Origin: Cyanidioschyzon merolae
Lineage: Eukaryota
Assembly: GCA_000091205.1 (NCBI GenBank)
Contig: AP006496.2
Length of the DNA: 64,000 bases
Strand: one strand, 5' to 3'
Below, piece after piece: positions 52,001 to 63,018 of this stretch (within the stretch, counting starts at the first letter, position 1; each line of letters begins with the position of its first letter). Position numbers and translations under genes: made by a program. The notes beneath the pieces were generated by a model, which saw only the letters and a program-made list of their open reading frames with translations, did no database searches and was not told the DNA's origin.

Positions 52001-54507
52001 GGTTGTTGCGGGGAAGGCTCTTCAGGTAGGCGCAAACGGTGACTTTTGTCGGCAAACAAAGTATTCCGCGCCAAGTCGCTGTCATCGATATGCTGCCGCT
52101 GCGTTTGCTGCCTCTCTTGGAACGTCACCGGGTCGGGCACCGGCACCGATGCATCATCAACCGTATCGATTGTTTCTTCCATCGCAGATTCAGGTACCTG
52201 CACGGTTGCACTTCGCTTCACGTCTAGCTTCTCTGCTGGAGCGTCTCTCGTGGCTTCGATGGCCCCTGACATCCTCGCCCCGAGTTCCGTTGTACTCTGT
52301 TGAATGCTGTGATGCAAGTGAGCACGCTGTTGTTGCACTGCGCTTTCCCGTGGTGAAGAAGAATTCGCTCTCGACAACGATGACGGTGATGATCGTGACG
52401 TCTCCAGCGACTCTACCTGCTCGCTCGTGTCTGCAGCTGGATATCGCGCTCCTCGCTGCGCAGCGCTTTCCATCGTGGATTCGCCCCAGTGCTCTGACGA
52501 CTTGCCATCGGCATCATCATCCAGTGCAGTCAACTGCAGTGTTTCGACGCCGTTCGCTGCATCGAACGAGACTGGTGTCGGGCGACACGGCGAAGACGAC
52601 CCCGAACCCGTGTACATGCCCGCTGTGAGGCGCACACGTTCACCATTATCCAGCGCACGAAGATGCTGATGTGGTAAAGCTCGCTGCTCCGATACCTGCA
52701 GGGATTCCCGGATAGCAGCGGCCAGTTGTTGTTCTGCCTCCGTCCAGCCTGGCCCGTGCGAAGCACTCTCGCCTTGCACGGGACTCGAGACGTGCGCTGC
52801 GCCAACTGCGATATCGTACCGAGGCGTCGAAGGGGGCGCTGCTGCTTCACCCGACAATGCCGTCGTTTTTGCTGCCTTTGTGTGTTGTTGATGCCAGCTG
52901 CGAGCTGCCTCCTCGATACCGAGCGGTTCGAGTTCAAACTCCGTTAAGCGCATCCGTGTCCGTTTGCGCGCTTTGTGGCCAACGTAACCTGCGCCAAGGC
53001 CACCGAAAAAGCTGCCCACTACTGCGCCAGATGCAACTGTGCCTGTAGCGGCAAGTGCGCTCGCACCAGTGATACCAATGCCAACTAGAGCCGGTAGAAG
53101 AAGCGGCGCTGCAAGCGCTCCAGCTAGTCCAAAGAGCGCCCCTCCGCCAATCGCCATAGCAGCTATTTTGAATGCTCTCCGCCGAGACTTGCGCTTGTAG
53201 CGCTTCTTGGCAAGCGTAGCGTATATCTGAGGGTCCACGTTCCCGCCGTTCAACTCGGGGCAAGTGGGTGCTCTGCTTTCCTCTGGCTGTCCGAGCGTCG
53301 ATGGACTCAGGATGGATGCAGCGTCGAGCGTGACGCCGCGGATGCGTTGCTGTTGCTGTTGCTGTTGCTGGAGAAGTGCGGCTATCGCATACTCGACCAG
53401 CGCCATTTTTCGCCATGGTATTTGGAGCTCGCGTGCAGCGTCCCGCAAGAACACGCGGCAACGGGCGTCGTATCCGCCAGGAGCGAGCGATAGCGTCAAC
53501 ATGGCCTGGAGCGCTGCAAAGCGAACCGCTGGAGCACCAACCAAAGCCGCCGTGGACGCAACCAAGGCACAGCGCTGCGCGGGAATGAGCTCACCTTCTA
53601 GACAGGCTCGCCACAGATACATGAGCGCTTCTCGTTGACTGCATGTGAGACCGAGGCCACTCAGCAGCAGTTGCACGTAGCGTTCCGCAAAGCTAGTGTC
53701 ATATGCGGGTAGGTTGCGGAGCGCTGGACGCCGTGAACTAGCGCTCTGACGCTCAGTGGATGCTGTCGAAGGTCTCTCGTGTGGCTCCGGTGCCGGAGAG
53801 TGCCCCTCGATTGACACTGGAGCGCGATCCCCAGCTCCTGGTCTATCCACTTCGATCGCATTGCTCGTTGGAAGATCACGCTCAAGTATCCGTTTCGAGG
53901 GCGAGGTCGCTGTACGGTGCTCCTGGGTAGCAGCAGCCGGTGCCTGATCGCCGTCCACGTCGCACTGCGGCGCGTCTGCAGACGTGACGACGCTGGGCAA
54001 AGTGCTCATGACAAGTCCGTCATCATGTCGCAGTTCTCGTTCCTTCTCCGCAATGAGGGTTACGAGAAACGCTCCCAGGCCGTAACGTTGCTCGAGGGTC
54101 AGCGTCTCGAGCCCTGGATGGACGGGCTGCTCATCGGTCGCAGGGAGGTCCTCTTGCAGCGCCGTGAAGCGCTCCAGAACTGCATCAGCATCCACGTGAA
54201 AGAGTTCTCGCTCCGTATCGTCCAAGGCGGTAACCAGGGCGCCAAACTCTTCGTCAACCTCGCATTCCTCCGTCTGCAGGAGGTCATACGTCGTTCCGAA
54301 CACTTCCGGGCCGTCAGCCGCTGGCGCTTCGAACACTGCTGGTTCTCCCTCCACGTGATACTGCTCCTTCTGAGGGAGGACCCGATCCAGATCCAGCGGC
54401 TGGTAGTCGCCGCCCACTGCTTCAGAGGCTGCACTCGTGAACCGCGGGAGCGCCTCGTCTGACGTTCGCACATCAAACTCCGTCGTTGAGGCTGCCTTAT
54501 ACGTCAT
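49057..54507 (-). CDS. Giant TMCO4/DUF726-family membrane protein with an additional C-terminal Hsp70 substrate-binding-domain-like beta-sandwich
   Basis: The 1816-aa ORF is uninterrupted. It has a TMCO4-like N-terminal helical region and glycine-zipper TM helices (~52975..53185: IAAMAIGGGALFGLAGALAAPLLLPALVGIGITGASALAATGTVASGAVVGSFFGGLGAGYVG). The DUF726 alpha/beta-hydrolase core lies at ~50640..51480 (RPVTLIGYSHGARVVFKCLEALADAGVYGVVDDAFLVGAPCTGDSRRWQRASRAVSGRLVNAYCGTDWALALFHRGSSGQFRVAGLSPI...VENVNL..LEGH). At ~49400..49830, LGIEVAGGRFLPLIEAGTCFPCERTVTVTTCVDRQDAIAFFIYQGSRLRLRPLGAKDAH...ELAFTLDEHGNLEVSIRDVRGD matches the Hsp70 SBD-beta pattern (LGIETAGGVMT.LI.RNTTIPTK..Q.FTTY.DNQ..V.I.VYEGER......NLLG.F.L.GIPPAPRG.PQIEVTF.IDANGIL.VSA.DK). 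Confidence 0.7.
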   Translation of the reverse strand: MTYKAASTTEFDVRTSDEALPRFTSAASEAVGGDYQPLDLDRVLPQKEQYHVEGEPAVFEAPAADGPEVFGTTYDLLQTEECEVDEEFGALVTALDDTERELFHVDADAVLERFTALQEDLPATDEQPVHPGLETLTLEQRYGLGAFLVTLIAEKERELRHDDGLVMSTLPSVVTSADAPQCDVDGDQAPAAATQEHRTATSPSKRILERDLPTSNAIEVDRPGAGDRAPVSIEGHSPAPEPHERPSTASTERQSASSRRPALRNLPAYDTSFAERYVQLLLSGLGLTCSQREALMYLWRACLEGELIPAQRCALVASTAALVGAPAVRFAALQAMLTLSLAPGGYDARCRVFLRDAARELQIPWRKMALVEYAIAALLQQQQQQQQRIRGVTLDAASILSPSTLGQPEESRAPTCPELNGGNVDPQIYATLAKKRYKRKSRRRAFKIAAMAIGGGALFGLAGALAAPLLLPALVGIGITGASALAATGTVASGAVVGSFFGGLGAGYVGHKARKRTRMRLTEFELEPLGIEEAARSWHQQHTKAAKTTALSGEAAAPPSTPRYDIAVGAAHVSSPVQGESASHGPGWTEAEQQLAAAIRESLQVSEQRALPHQHLRALDNGERVRLTAGMYTGSGSSSPCRPTPVSFDAANGVETLQLTALDDDADGKSSEHWGESTMESAAQRGARYPAADTSEQVESLETSRSSPSSLSRANSSSPRESAVQQQRAHLHHSIQQSTTELGARMSGAIEATRDAPAEKLDVKRSATVQVPESAMEETIDTVDDASVPVPDPVTFQERQQTQRQHIDDSDLARNTLFADKSHRLRLPEEPSPQQPQLPFASIRTLKSSSHPGGLAPAPMLPEPPTRGTAPLVAASNEDTTGFSGESVGALSTTSLRTASGQGFRHATPASILEKRLAERTWTLRPLHPTTEAHRDDAAATEKASGTSAASDGGAGGAGGAGNQGLTRAIATDAATADDIDSAAVPSSTHETQSGTEDNGAAELVKQEHPLMATRMVRSRGLHLVIFVPGWLTRSRQEGACASQFYSALGNGRLLPYAERYALRWEPDQLFEMGRAFLKFWTTKAATTAAQQAAPHVLQAVSFAAGTLLSSIAWPLFVYSAADIVDGPWSVLLNRANAAGDALADLLALREQGQRPVTLIGYSHGARVVFKCLEALADAGVYGVVDDAFLVGAPCTGDSRRWQRASRAVSGRLVNAYCGTDWALALFHRGSSGQFRVAGLSPIRGCGERVENVNLALLGLEGHRSLREALPRILTALGVETGGLSFPPILPRDVALLGETDAPSLKRPPRGVSTSATTAGTSDAATIDEVSSGNAEARRKGALFDRHRHSRRRDEMRFGADQRGRLSKRELYEQDEDDRQLSLDEDAHLHLLRSSTEGSVPASVAKQYSGKAAVSRTYGSMVQQSALPLIDIETSSDLSSEERGSGSAPQTRPLLPSTRGTWGGSASAFPSRAGSSDSLSGYHDRESGCEEAGRTLSGVFAPGTTAAGAAVAVAGGGGGDVAHAASENTSPAVQSSVDAASASTCSADWTEFVGVAPNQTEDQPKALVHALGIEVAGGRFLPLIEAGTCFPCERTVTVTTCVDRQDAIAFFIYQGSRLRLRPLGAKDAHRHHRLLKIVEFHGFKSPVRHRAGGARVELAFTLDEHGNLEVSIRDVRGDAEETRCTIPSTMLVQRRDAFDSDTESNAADEVSFAELDDTLPGDHSEMRFQREAASLSTLRPSERTAEYTAHAAEASATAPGTQWQTQGSSAEKAKRSKWWSWRRSRRHRPHDHPCQPSASRPRAQDGYTTTTWHSGA

Positions 54508-55279
54508 GAGCTACAAAATGGAGCCTTCGGAGTTCCCGTATTGCCGTTTCTGGTGTCTTTCGATGACCAGCTCTGTCGACAAGTCCCAGTGCTCGAAGAG
54601 AAGCTCAGCAGCTGCCGTCGTCAAGCAGTACAAACACAACTGTTATCGGGCTCCGTTCAGCGGTCAACGGTACGTTCCCCTGTAGTACCAGCTATTGTTG
54701 CAATAAGTTCTCAGTGCATTCGACCGTTCAGTTTTCCGGAACAGCGAATGTCTCTGAAATTCCTAAGCCTCTGACTGTGCTAAAGCGAAAACCCTGCAGA
54801 GAAAAACATCGCGACTTGGCTCGCAATTGCCTCTGGAGCATCGCCGTGGTGGCCTTAACGGAAAACGCTTCAAGTCGCCTGAAGCGCTACGCTCTGCTGC
54901 CGTGGTCGACTTGTGCACTGGAGGCTACCGAACTTCTAATCAAGGCCGCGACTTGAGTGGAACGGGAACCAAAGCAGACCTCCTAGGCTGCGGTGGTGGA
55001 CGTGCACTGGAGACTACTGAACGTCGAGTAGTCTCGGGTCGTGCTGCGACACTCGGACCGGTACGCAACGCACCAACTGGAGTCGTGTGCGTCAAACGAC
55101 TCGCGTGCTTCACGAGTCTACAGAGAAGGACTCGACTAGGACAAGTGCTTCACCAGCGTTTCCTCGTGCTCGACACCTTCGGAGCGGAACCCGACTCCAA
55201 CGCTTTCGCGTTATCGACTGTTCGCTTGCTGAAGGTCGGATACGTTGCGGCGCTTTCATCGACGCACTGGTCAGACGCC

Positions 55280-56668
55280 ATGTTCCAGGTGCTCGTCGTT
55301 GGCGCCAGTGTAGGTGGTCTCGCAACCGCCGCCCAACTGCAACGACGAGGCGTGACTAACTTTCAGGTTATTGAAGCAACGAACCGATCGGCACGAGCGA
55401 GTGCCAGTCGAGCTGTGGGCCTCTGGACGAACGCCTGGCAAGTTCTGGACGCTCTGGGGATCGCTGCTGCACTTCGCCAAGCGAGTCCGTGGAATACGAC
55501 AGAGTTCTGGGTCCAGGACCTGCCAACTGCAGACTTGACAGCGCATGCGTGCCTGCGTCGTTTTGCACTCCCCAGGGGTCACGAGTTCCGCCGAGTTCCG
55601 CTTCAAGCGCTGACAGACGCGCTGGCTGCGTCCCTGCCTGCGGAGCACCTGCACTATGGTATGGATATGGAGCAATGGCTCAGGCAGAGAGCGGCAGTCT
55701 CAGAGCCTGCTTCGACACCGGAGATGGATCGAGGTCGTGAGAAACTGGGGCTCTGGGAGTCACCAGCATTCCCTCCAGACCTCTTTCTTGTTGGAGCCGA
55801 TGGTGCTCGCTCCGTCGTTCGCCATCGACTAGTTGGAGACGACCGACCGCTACGCGATGCGGGCTACGTAGCCCACACAGGCGTTGCGCAGCTTCCGTTG
55901 CCTGGATGCAACGCTGAGGACCCTGGGAACGCGCTGGGGAGCGTCGAACTCACCAAACCGGGTCGTGTGCTTCTTCTGCTTGGCCGCGGGGACGGCACGC
56001 GCCTAGGCGTGCAAAGAATCAACGAACATCAAGTATTTTGGTTTTACTGTGAAAACTGCGGTGCGGCCTCAAATCAACCAGCAAACAAGTCAAAGGAGCT
56101 GCGCATGCTGCGCGGCTCCGAAACCAAGCAACGCGCCTGGGAACGTGTCTCACGCTCTGTAGCACGTCCACACGGGGTGCTTTGGAATGCACTTGAACAA
56201 CTGTTTCGAGAAACTCCAGCGGAAGCCGCGAATACATTCGCTTGTGCTGATCTCTTCCCGCCTGTCTATGACGGTACGCTGGGGTTCGATGACGTTCCTG
56301 TGGCGCTCGTTGGGGACGCAGCTCATCCGATCACTCCGAATCTCTCACAGGGCGCTGGTCTAGCGTTGGAAGATGGCTGGATGTTGGCCAATCTTTTGGC
56401 GGACGCCTACATTCGCAACGGCAACCGTGATGAGCAACAAGCGGAGCAGCGGCAGGAGCACTGGAGTGCTCGGGTTCGGCGAAAATACCGGCAGCGAAGA
56501 CGCTGGCGAGCTAGCGTACTCGCGCTCCGCTCCCGAGCTACTGGTGCGGTGTTGCAACTCCCGCTGCCGTCCTCAACCCTGGTGACGATTCGAAACCGCA
56601 TTTTGTTGCCACTGGCTCTACAACCTCATTGGTTCGTGAGCCATGCAAACTTTTCTGCTAGAGGCTGA
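55280..56668 (+). CDS. FAD-dependent aromatic-ring monooxygenase (PHBH fold; salicylate hydroxylase / zeaxanthin epoxidase-like)
   Basis: The GxGxxG FAD-binding motif is VLVVGASVGGLATAAQLQRRGV. The DG motif is LFLVGADGARSVVRHRL. The GDAAH motif is ALVGDAAHPITPNLSQGAGLALEDGWMLANLL. ORF 54827..56668; start chosen at Met 55280 immediately before the Rossmann strand. It is divergent from the TMCO4-like gene. Confidence 0.8.
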   Translation: MFQVLVVGASVGGLATAAQLQRRGVTNFQVIEATNRSARASASRAVGLWTNAWQVLDALGIAAALRQASPWNTTEFWVQDLPTADLTAHACLRRFALPRGHEFRRVPLQALTDALAASLPAEHLHYGMDMEQWLRQRAAVSEPASTPEMDRGREKLGLWESPAFPPDLFLVGADGARSVVRHRLVGDDRPLRDAGYVAHTGVAQLPLPGCNAEDPGNALGSVELTKPGRVLLLLGRGDGTRLGVQRINEHQVFWFYCENCGAASNQPANKSKELRMLRGSETKQRAWERVSRSVARPHGVLWNALEQLFRETPAEAANTFACADLFPPVYDGTLGFDDVPVALVGDAAHPITPNLSQGAGLALEDGWMLANLLADAYIRNGNRDEQQAEQRQEHWSARVRRKYRQRRRWRASVLALRSRATGAVLQLPLPSSTLVTIRNRILLPLALQPHWFVSHANFSARG

Positions 56669-59600
56669 ACGCACAGCGACAGCGGCAACGCAGTATATGC
56701 GCTCCTTTTGATTGTGCAGCGTCTACGACACGAAGCTGATGATATGCGCAGTGTCGGGAATTCACCAGGACTAGTATCCGACGAGCAAGTCTTCACGCTA
56801 CGCGATAAGCGAACTGGCTTGGTGACGGATTGTCATGCACCAAGTCTCGCCGTGTTCGTCCTCGTGGCTCGGGTGAACGCTTCCACTTGAGCGGAATCAC
56901 TGGCAGAGCGACATACCGCATCTTGCTCGATGGAGACTGCGACGTGTGTCACGTTATTCGTTGGATACCCCGCAACAGCACTTTGATAATCGTCTACGTG
57001 ATACAACGAGTGACGGTACCGTGGGTATCGTCACTGCATTCCAGACGGAAGCGAGCGAGCAGGTTGCTTCAAATGCTGCGGCGTTCTCCAATCGCGTATC
57101 TGAACGCAGAATCGAAACCCACGCGAGAAAAACGCTCACACTGCAGACGTCTGGACGACCATGTGCTGCCACTCTCTCGTGCGCACAGGTATCTATCTGG
57201 ATATCATACAGTGCGCTCTTTCTCAGAGCAGGACTTGAAAACGAGTACATGCCATCGACCAGTGCAGTACTCCGTGCATTGCTTCGCTGCTCGTTCGCTG
57301 CTGGCAGTCTCGACGCCGGGGTGTACTTTTCGCGAAGCGTTGATGCCCCCAGTGCGCTGGAGAAACCGTTGTCGCACGTCGCTACGTTGCCGTCCTTAAA
57401 GGAATATCAATCGACACCATCTTGCGTTGCAGCACGACTGGGGTAGACTGGGTCCCATCGAATCATGGAACACCAGTACCGCCTCACATATGCACACGCG
57501 AAAGCGTTCTCTGCGTATGGCTACGGCGCCTCTGCCCGGCAGCGTTGCTGAAGTTACCGTAAGAGTGCCTCGCCTGCAGGCGAGGCACTCGATGCCCTCT
57601 CTCTCCCCCGGACCTGATCGTTTTCCATCGCGAGTCTGCAGCGTTCTAGCACAACGCGTAGACGGCGTACTCAACGGCTCGCTCTGACATTCGCCCGACA
57701 TACAAAGCCGCTGGACGCTCCCGATAGACATGGTATTTCCAAATGTCGATCGAGGCGTTCCAAGGTCGATGGAGAGAAAAACCCGTACACATCGTTTCTG
57801 ACGGAATCACAGTGTGTCAAGCCTCTTTCTGTCGATTGTGTTACCATGGGGCCTCCAGTAACCATGCCGTGCATCATCTCGAGCGTCCAGCACTGTATCA
57901 TTCCTTTGTTCTTTATCTCTTTCGCTGTGCGCCCTTGCTGGTAAGGTGCCCATGTCGTCATGAACGCATCCATGGGAATTGTGCAGAATCCATGCCTCAA
58001 TTTTGAGGTCCTCGTCGAGCGAGCAGGAGCCCAGCTGCTGCGCGCAACAGCAAGTCCAAGGTCACAGACTACCACGAAACGACACGAGGAGTCCACGTTT
58101 CCCTCTCCGTGTCATCGAAAATTTTGGGAATGCACACTTTTCGCCTCCGTAACACCGAAACTACTGGCGGCCGCAGCACAGATTCGCACACCCCCATGCC
58201 AAACACTGTCCGCATCATCTACTTGGATGCTCACGTACGCTTTCTGAATGAAGAGAGCAAAAGCATCCACTTCTGCTCGATACGATGCTGCGGGCGTCGA
58301 AATCATCCCTGATGCCGTCATTCGTGGTGCTGGCCTGCCCCCAGGCGTTTACGATGACTGAATTCGGATGATACTGTGCCCTGGAAGCGTTGAGCAGATT
58401 CATTTGCTTGTCTTTCAGGTCTTTGGCTGCGTCGTTTTGATGTAGAGGTGTGACGACAACCCCGACGCCCTTGAACGCAGCATCCATGCCGGCCAAGAAA
58501 GCATCCGCGTCAGCCATTCTGGACAGACAGACCCTAGTCTCAACGCTCGAATCTGGCCTCGATATCACAGACTGCCTGCAGGGTGAAACTTCGTCGGTGT
58601 CCATCGTCACTGAGCACCTGACTCCATTCCCTGGCTGCAAACTGGGAACCCTGAGCGAGCTCCGTGCGTCCTATTCGCGTGATTGTTCAAATGATCCATG
58701 CTTGCCCGCAGAGACCAGCCTCAACACACTGATGTTGCGGTATCGTTCCCAAGTGACTACGGTGATTTCATGGGCCTTGATCGGACACATGGGACAAGAT
58801 TGAATGGATCATTGAGAAGGCAAGCGAGCTCGCATTCGAGATGAGCGTCTGATCTAATCAGAAAAGCTCAGTCCAGGAATACGTAGTAGCTCGAGATGAA
58901 AGGAATGCAGCGAAGGCGTTTCAACAATCGTTTGGCTACGACATTTGTCGGTCCGAGGCAGGAAGCGCTGCCTTGGACGATCTGAGGTGACGCTCGAGTT
59001 TGTCGCGACATCGCTTCCGCCACTGTCAGCTGGCCATTTGACTCTATCGACACCCGAAAACTCCCGTCCACCAGTGTACCCTGTCTGGGCTGGAAACACG
59101 AGGCTACAACGCTCGCAGTGCGTGCCTCGGGAATCGCTCGACAGTAGCCCCAACTCGGTCGTCTTGGTCTCCTAGGCTGCTTTTATACTTGTTGTCATCT
59201 GCTTTGTAGAAGCGTTAGTCTCGGATATGGCATGGCGACGTCCCCAGGTATTCCGAGCAGCATGGGTGCAAATCTCTGATCCCATGATCAGGCCGTAGTG
59301 CATCTTCTGTTCCGAGCATCAGCTGTGCAGCTCCCTAAAGGTCTGAATGGAGACTTTCAGAGAAATTTGGACAGCTTGCAGCCCTGCAACTCAAACCTCT
59401 ATGAGCAGTTTCTCGATGAGGTGCGTCACAAAGACAGACGCTAGGCGAGACTTCCATGCGTACAAACTTACGCAACCTCTATTGGCGTCCTGCATCTCGC
59501 TTTTTCGAAGCATATCTCTGTCGAAGCGTTTTCGAAGCGACGAGCTGAAAGCGCTTTTCCGAGTGATCTATCCGCCCGCCCCGACAGCTGTTCCTTCCTG

Positions 59601-60989
59601 TCCCTTCTCGGAGGCTTTTCGGGATGATCCTTGTCGTCATTGAATGGTGGCTTCTGCTACATCCTCAACTTTTCGTTCACTCGCTGAGTTGGCATTGGTG
59701 TGGTCCCTGTCCCGCATATCCGGTTTTTCCTTGGGATTCAGACGCATTGGATGGCCAGCGCGCCAGAATCTCGCCTATAATGTGCATGTATCTCCTATTC
59801 TCCGCATAACATTGCTTTATGGTGTCCGTCACGAGCATGCCTGCGGAACGAAGCGCGCCGTTGGGCTCCCTCCTGCTCTAGAACAGAGAAGCAACAGCGT
59901 ATTTGAGGGCTCGTGATGGAAGAGAGTGGCTTGTCGAAGAACAGTGCTACGCATGCGAACGACTTGTCTGCTGATCGACGGGCGTGGATATGGCGTTCGA
60001 TAACAGAAAAGACGACTTTGACTTGGTGCACCCATGTTGCATAGGCTGGCGCGAACAACAGCTCAACGACAGTCGCGGTTGCGTACTCCTCGAGCGCTTT
60101 TGCGTGACGGAAAGCTACGTCGTCACACATCGGGGCGGAAGAATTTGGGAGTTAGAAGCAGTGAAATGCGTCGACAAAGGCAGAGGTGTCGAACGATGCT
60201 GTCCGCTTGGCGATTCGTAGGCGAACACACGATTCAATCACTGGTAGGGCTGATTTGTCGTCATTCCTTTGGTCTTTTTTGACGAACAGCGGAATGCTGC
60301 TCTTTGAGTGCCCATATACGGGTCCACAATATCTCCTGAACAATGCCTGATGGTGTGAGGCGAACACATGTCGCTCCTGTAGACATGGTTCGCGTTTCAT
60401 CTGGGAACCGTTCGTGTAGTATCCGTGAACTGGTGGTCTCCTGTAGCAACGCGCTCGTTTCTCGGTCCAAACGTGTCGCCTCATGACCATTCGTATCACC
60501 GGTATGGATACCTCACATTGTGTACCATCTCTGGTGCTGTTTCCTAAAGAATCTGTGGAGTCGAATCGATGGACAGGGTGACAGTCGTGCAGACTGAGTT
60601 TCAGACGTTCTGTTTTGGCTACACGAAGCTCACGACAAGGACTCAAAGCAGGTGGATTCATCCTCCTGCTTATCTTAGAACGACTGCAATCTTAAGTCAG
60701 TCCTTTTTCGCAAGCCAGCAGTGGCAGAACCAGGCCTCCATACGAAAGTTCTCCGACCTACTGGAATCATTCCTTTTGTTGAACACATGCGAAAGAAGCA
60801 AACAACTAGAGGCGTACCGGCGCATGCAGTCCAGACTTCAGGGTTCTGGGTGGAACTCCCGAACCCATGAACGCAAATCACAACTTGTCACTCACTCAGA
60901 AATTCTACTGAGATAATTCCGTTCGAGCAAAATGTAGCGGGCATGCTGTAGCCGGAGACTGCGTCGCTTTCGAGTCTCCTCACTGGGTC

Positions 60990-61553
60990 TCAGTGTTCAC
61001 GCAACACATCATCGAGCGACTTCTGCAGAGTCGCGAGATCTCGCCAGCACTTGCGCTGCAGTTTGAGTTCCTCTTCGTCATCAGTATCCTCGATGAGCGG
61101 CAGGAATAGGACGCATGTTGGCCGCTTGAGTTGAGCCGCCTTGCCCAGCAACTCACGAGAAGGCACGAAGCAGTAAGGGATGCCCGTCTCCTCGCAGAGG
61201 ATCGGGACGTGAGCAATGACATCAACGGGCGCGACGTCCGCAGCCATCACACAGAAGCCACGAGCACCTTTCCGAATGCTCTTGACTACTTCTTTGACAC
61301 CGCGTCGGAGCTGCTTCTTACCCGCTAGTTTCTTCGCTAGCTTCAGGATCCGTTTCGTAAGTTTACGCCCCGCAAGCGGCTGCGCAATCACTGAGCACTG
61401 CAGTTTTTGACGCAGTTCCTCTGCAACCTCATCAGCTGTTTGATCCTGGTTGAAAACGTGCCCCTCTGTCACTGCAGCAGTCAGAGTGCAATCTGCGCCG
61501 ACGTCCTCGGTGTCGGAGCCCAGTGCCGAACGAGGACGCTTCTTGTCCGGCAT
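60990..61553 (-). CDS. NHP2: H/ACA snoRNP protein NHP2 (L7Ae/L30e family)
   Basis: KRILKLAKKLAGKKQLRRGVKEVVKSIRKGARGFCVMAADVAPVDVIAHVPILCEETGIPYCFVPSRELLGKAAQLKRPTCVLFL matches NHP2 (KKLLKLVKKA.K.K.LKRGVKEVVKALRKGEKGLVVIAGDISPIDVITHLPVLCEDKNVPYVFVPSKQDLG). Start chosen at Met 61553 (MPDKKRPRS...) within ORF 60990..61625. Confidence 0.8.
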   Translation of the reverse strand: MPDKKRPRSALGSDTEDVGADCTLTAAVTEGHVFNQDQTADEVAEELRQKLQCSVIAQPLAGRKLTKRILKLAKKLAGKKQLRRGVKEVVKSIRKGARGFCVMAADVAPVDVIAHVPILCEETGIPYCFVPSRELLGKAAQLKRPTCVLFLPLIEDTDDEEELKLQRKCWRDLATLQKSLDDVLREH

Positions 61554-63018
61554 AGAAAGTTCGGCAGCGATCTCCAGGGGATACCTGGGGGAAAACTTTT
61601 CAATGATATTTCTTTGCTTTTTCAAAGCAAAAACGTGCCCTGCCTCGAGCGTGAAAGCGTCGGAAAGGAAAGCGCTTTCCCTGCAGCCTCGTTAGACACA
61701 AGTTTTCCACCGTGCCGTGCCGTGCCGTGCCGTGCCGCAGCCGCAGCCGCAGCGAACGCCAGCGCACCATCGAGGCGCTCATTTCATACACCAAGCCGCT
61801 GCACTGGTTGGTGGCATCGAGGAGTGCTCTCGGCCGTACCGGGGTGGCGTTCGGAAAACCAGACAGACGTTCGGAACAAGTTCCAAAATCGTGTTGTATT
61901 ACATCTGTGAGCAGGCGGGGTTTCCTAGCCTTGAACAATTTGGTGAAAGTGTCCGAACTCTATCGAACGTTTCTGGGGTTGCTGGTTCAAACTGGGAGCC
62001 AAAGCTATAAAGTTAACGAAATGCATGCTTTATTGAGCTTCTGCACGGCGTTCTAGAAACAAAATCATTGAAAGGGGACGGAATTCCGTGTTCAAATGAG
62101 ACTCACTATTTCAACCGTTGACGAAAAGCGCGTGTGCCGCACGATACCCAGTATGAGCACACGGGGTCCTTCTGAAGACTGTTCGAGTCGTTCGTGTGGG
62201 CACGTGGAGGCTCGCCACGCAGATGAGGATACCTCGTCTGGCATACGTCACAAACGCTTCGTGTAGATCTCGTGGAGGATGCGGTGCCAGCAAGAGAGAC
62301 CGCTTCAGCGAGTCTCGTGAACCATCCGCTGCAGCGGAACGTCTCGTGTTCGGGCGCCATGACGCGTGACCCGGGCACCAGTGCCTACCGGTGCACCGGC
62401 ACGCATCGAGAAGCCTGCGAAAGGCCTGTAAGCCTCGAGTTACGGTAGTCCGAACGTGGTGAATGGTGACGGTCTGCTGCAGCAAGCCGTCTCGAACAGC
62501 TACGCATAGCGAAGCATTGCTTTCAAGGAGTTGCATTTTCCCGTACAGTGGAAGCGAGCACGCCCACTGCCGTGCATCTGAACTCAGGGTGGCTGTGCCT
62601 CAGGCAGGCAGAGGGCGCACCGCCTCATTTTATTCTGGGCATGTACATGCACCGCTGCGAAGGGATCACGGCGAAATCGAGTGCCTGTTTCTATACAAGC
62701 TGGTTGTTTCATCAGGTCTCGCTTACGCGAAATCGAGCACAGCATCCGCTGGCGATATGGATTCTACCAGTGTCGGCGGGCGAAATTTCTGTGTTTCAAG
62801 GGAGACTCGTTGAAGTCTCTGCGGAGCTGCAGACCTGTGCACGGAGCGCCAGGCACATATCGACGCACACTCGTGGTCTCCAAAAGCACCTAATGAAAGC
62901 GCTCCTCATCAAGATCCTTCTGTGGATTTGTCAAAATACCCGCCAGGCAGGGTATGCAAAAGCATCCGATGGGAGCGCTCCTCACCAAGATCTTTCTGGA
63001 GATTCCTTAACATACCCA

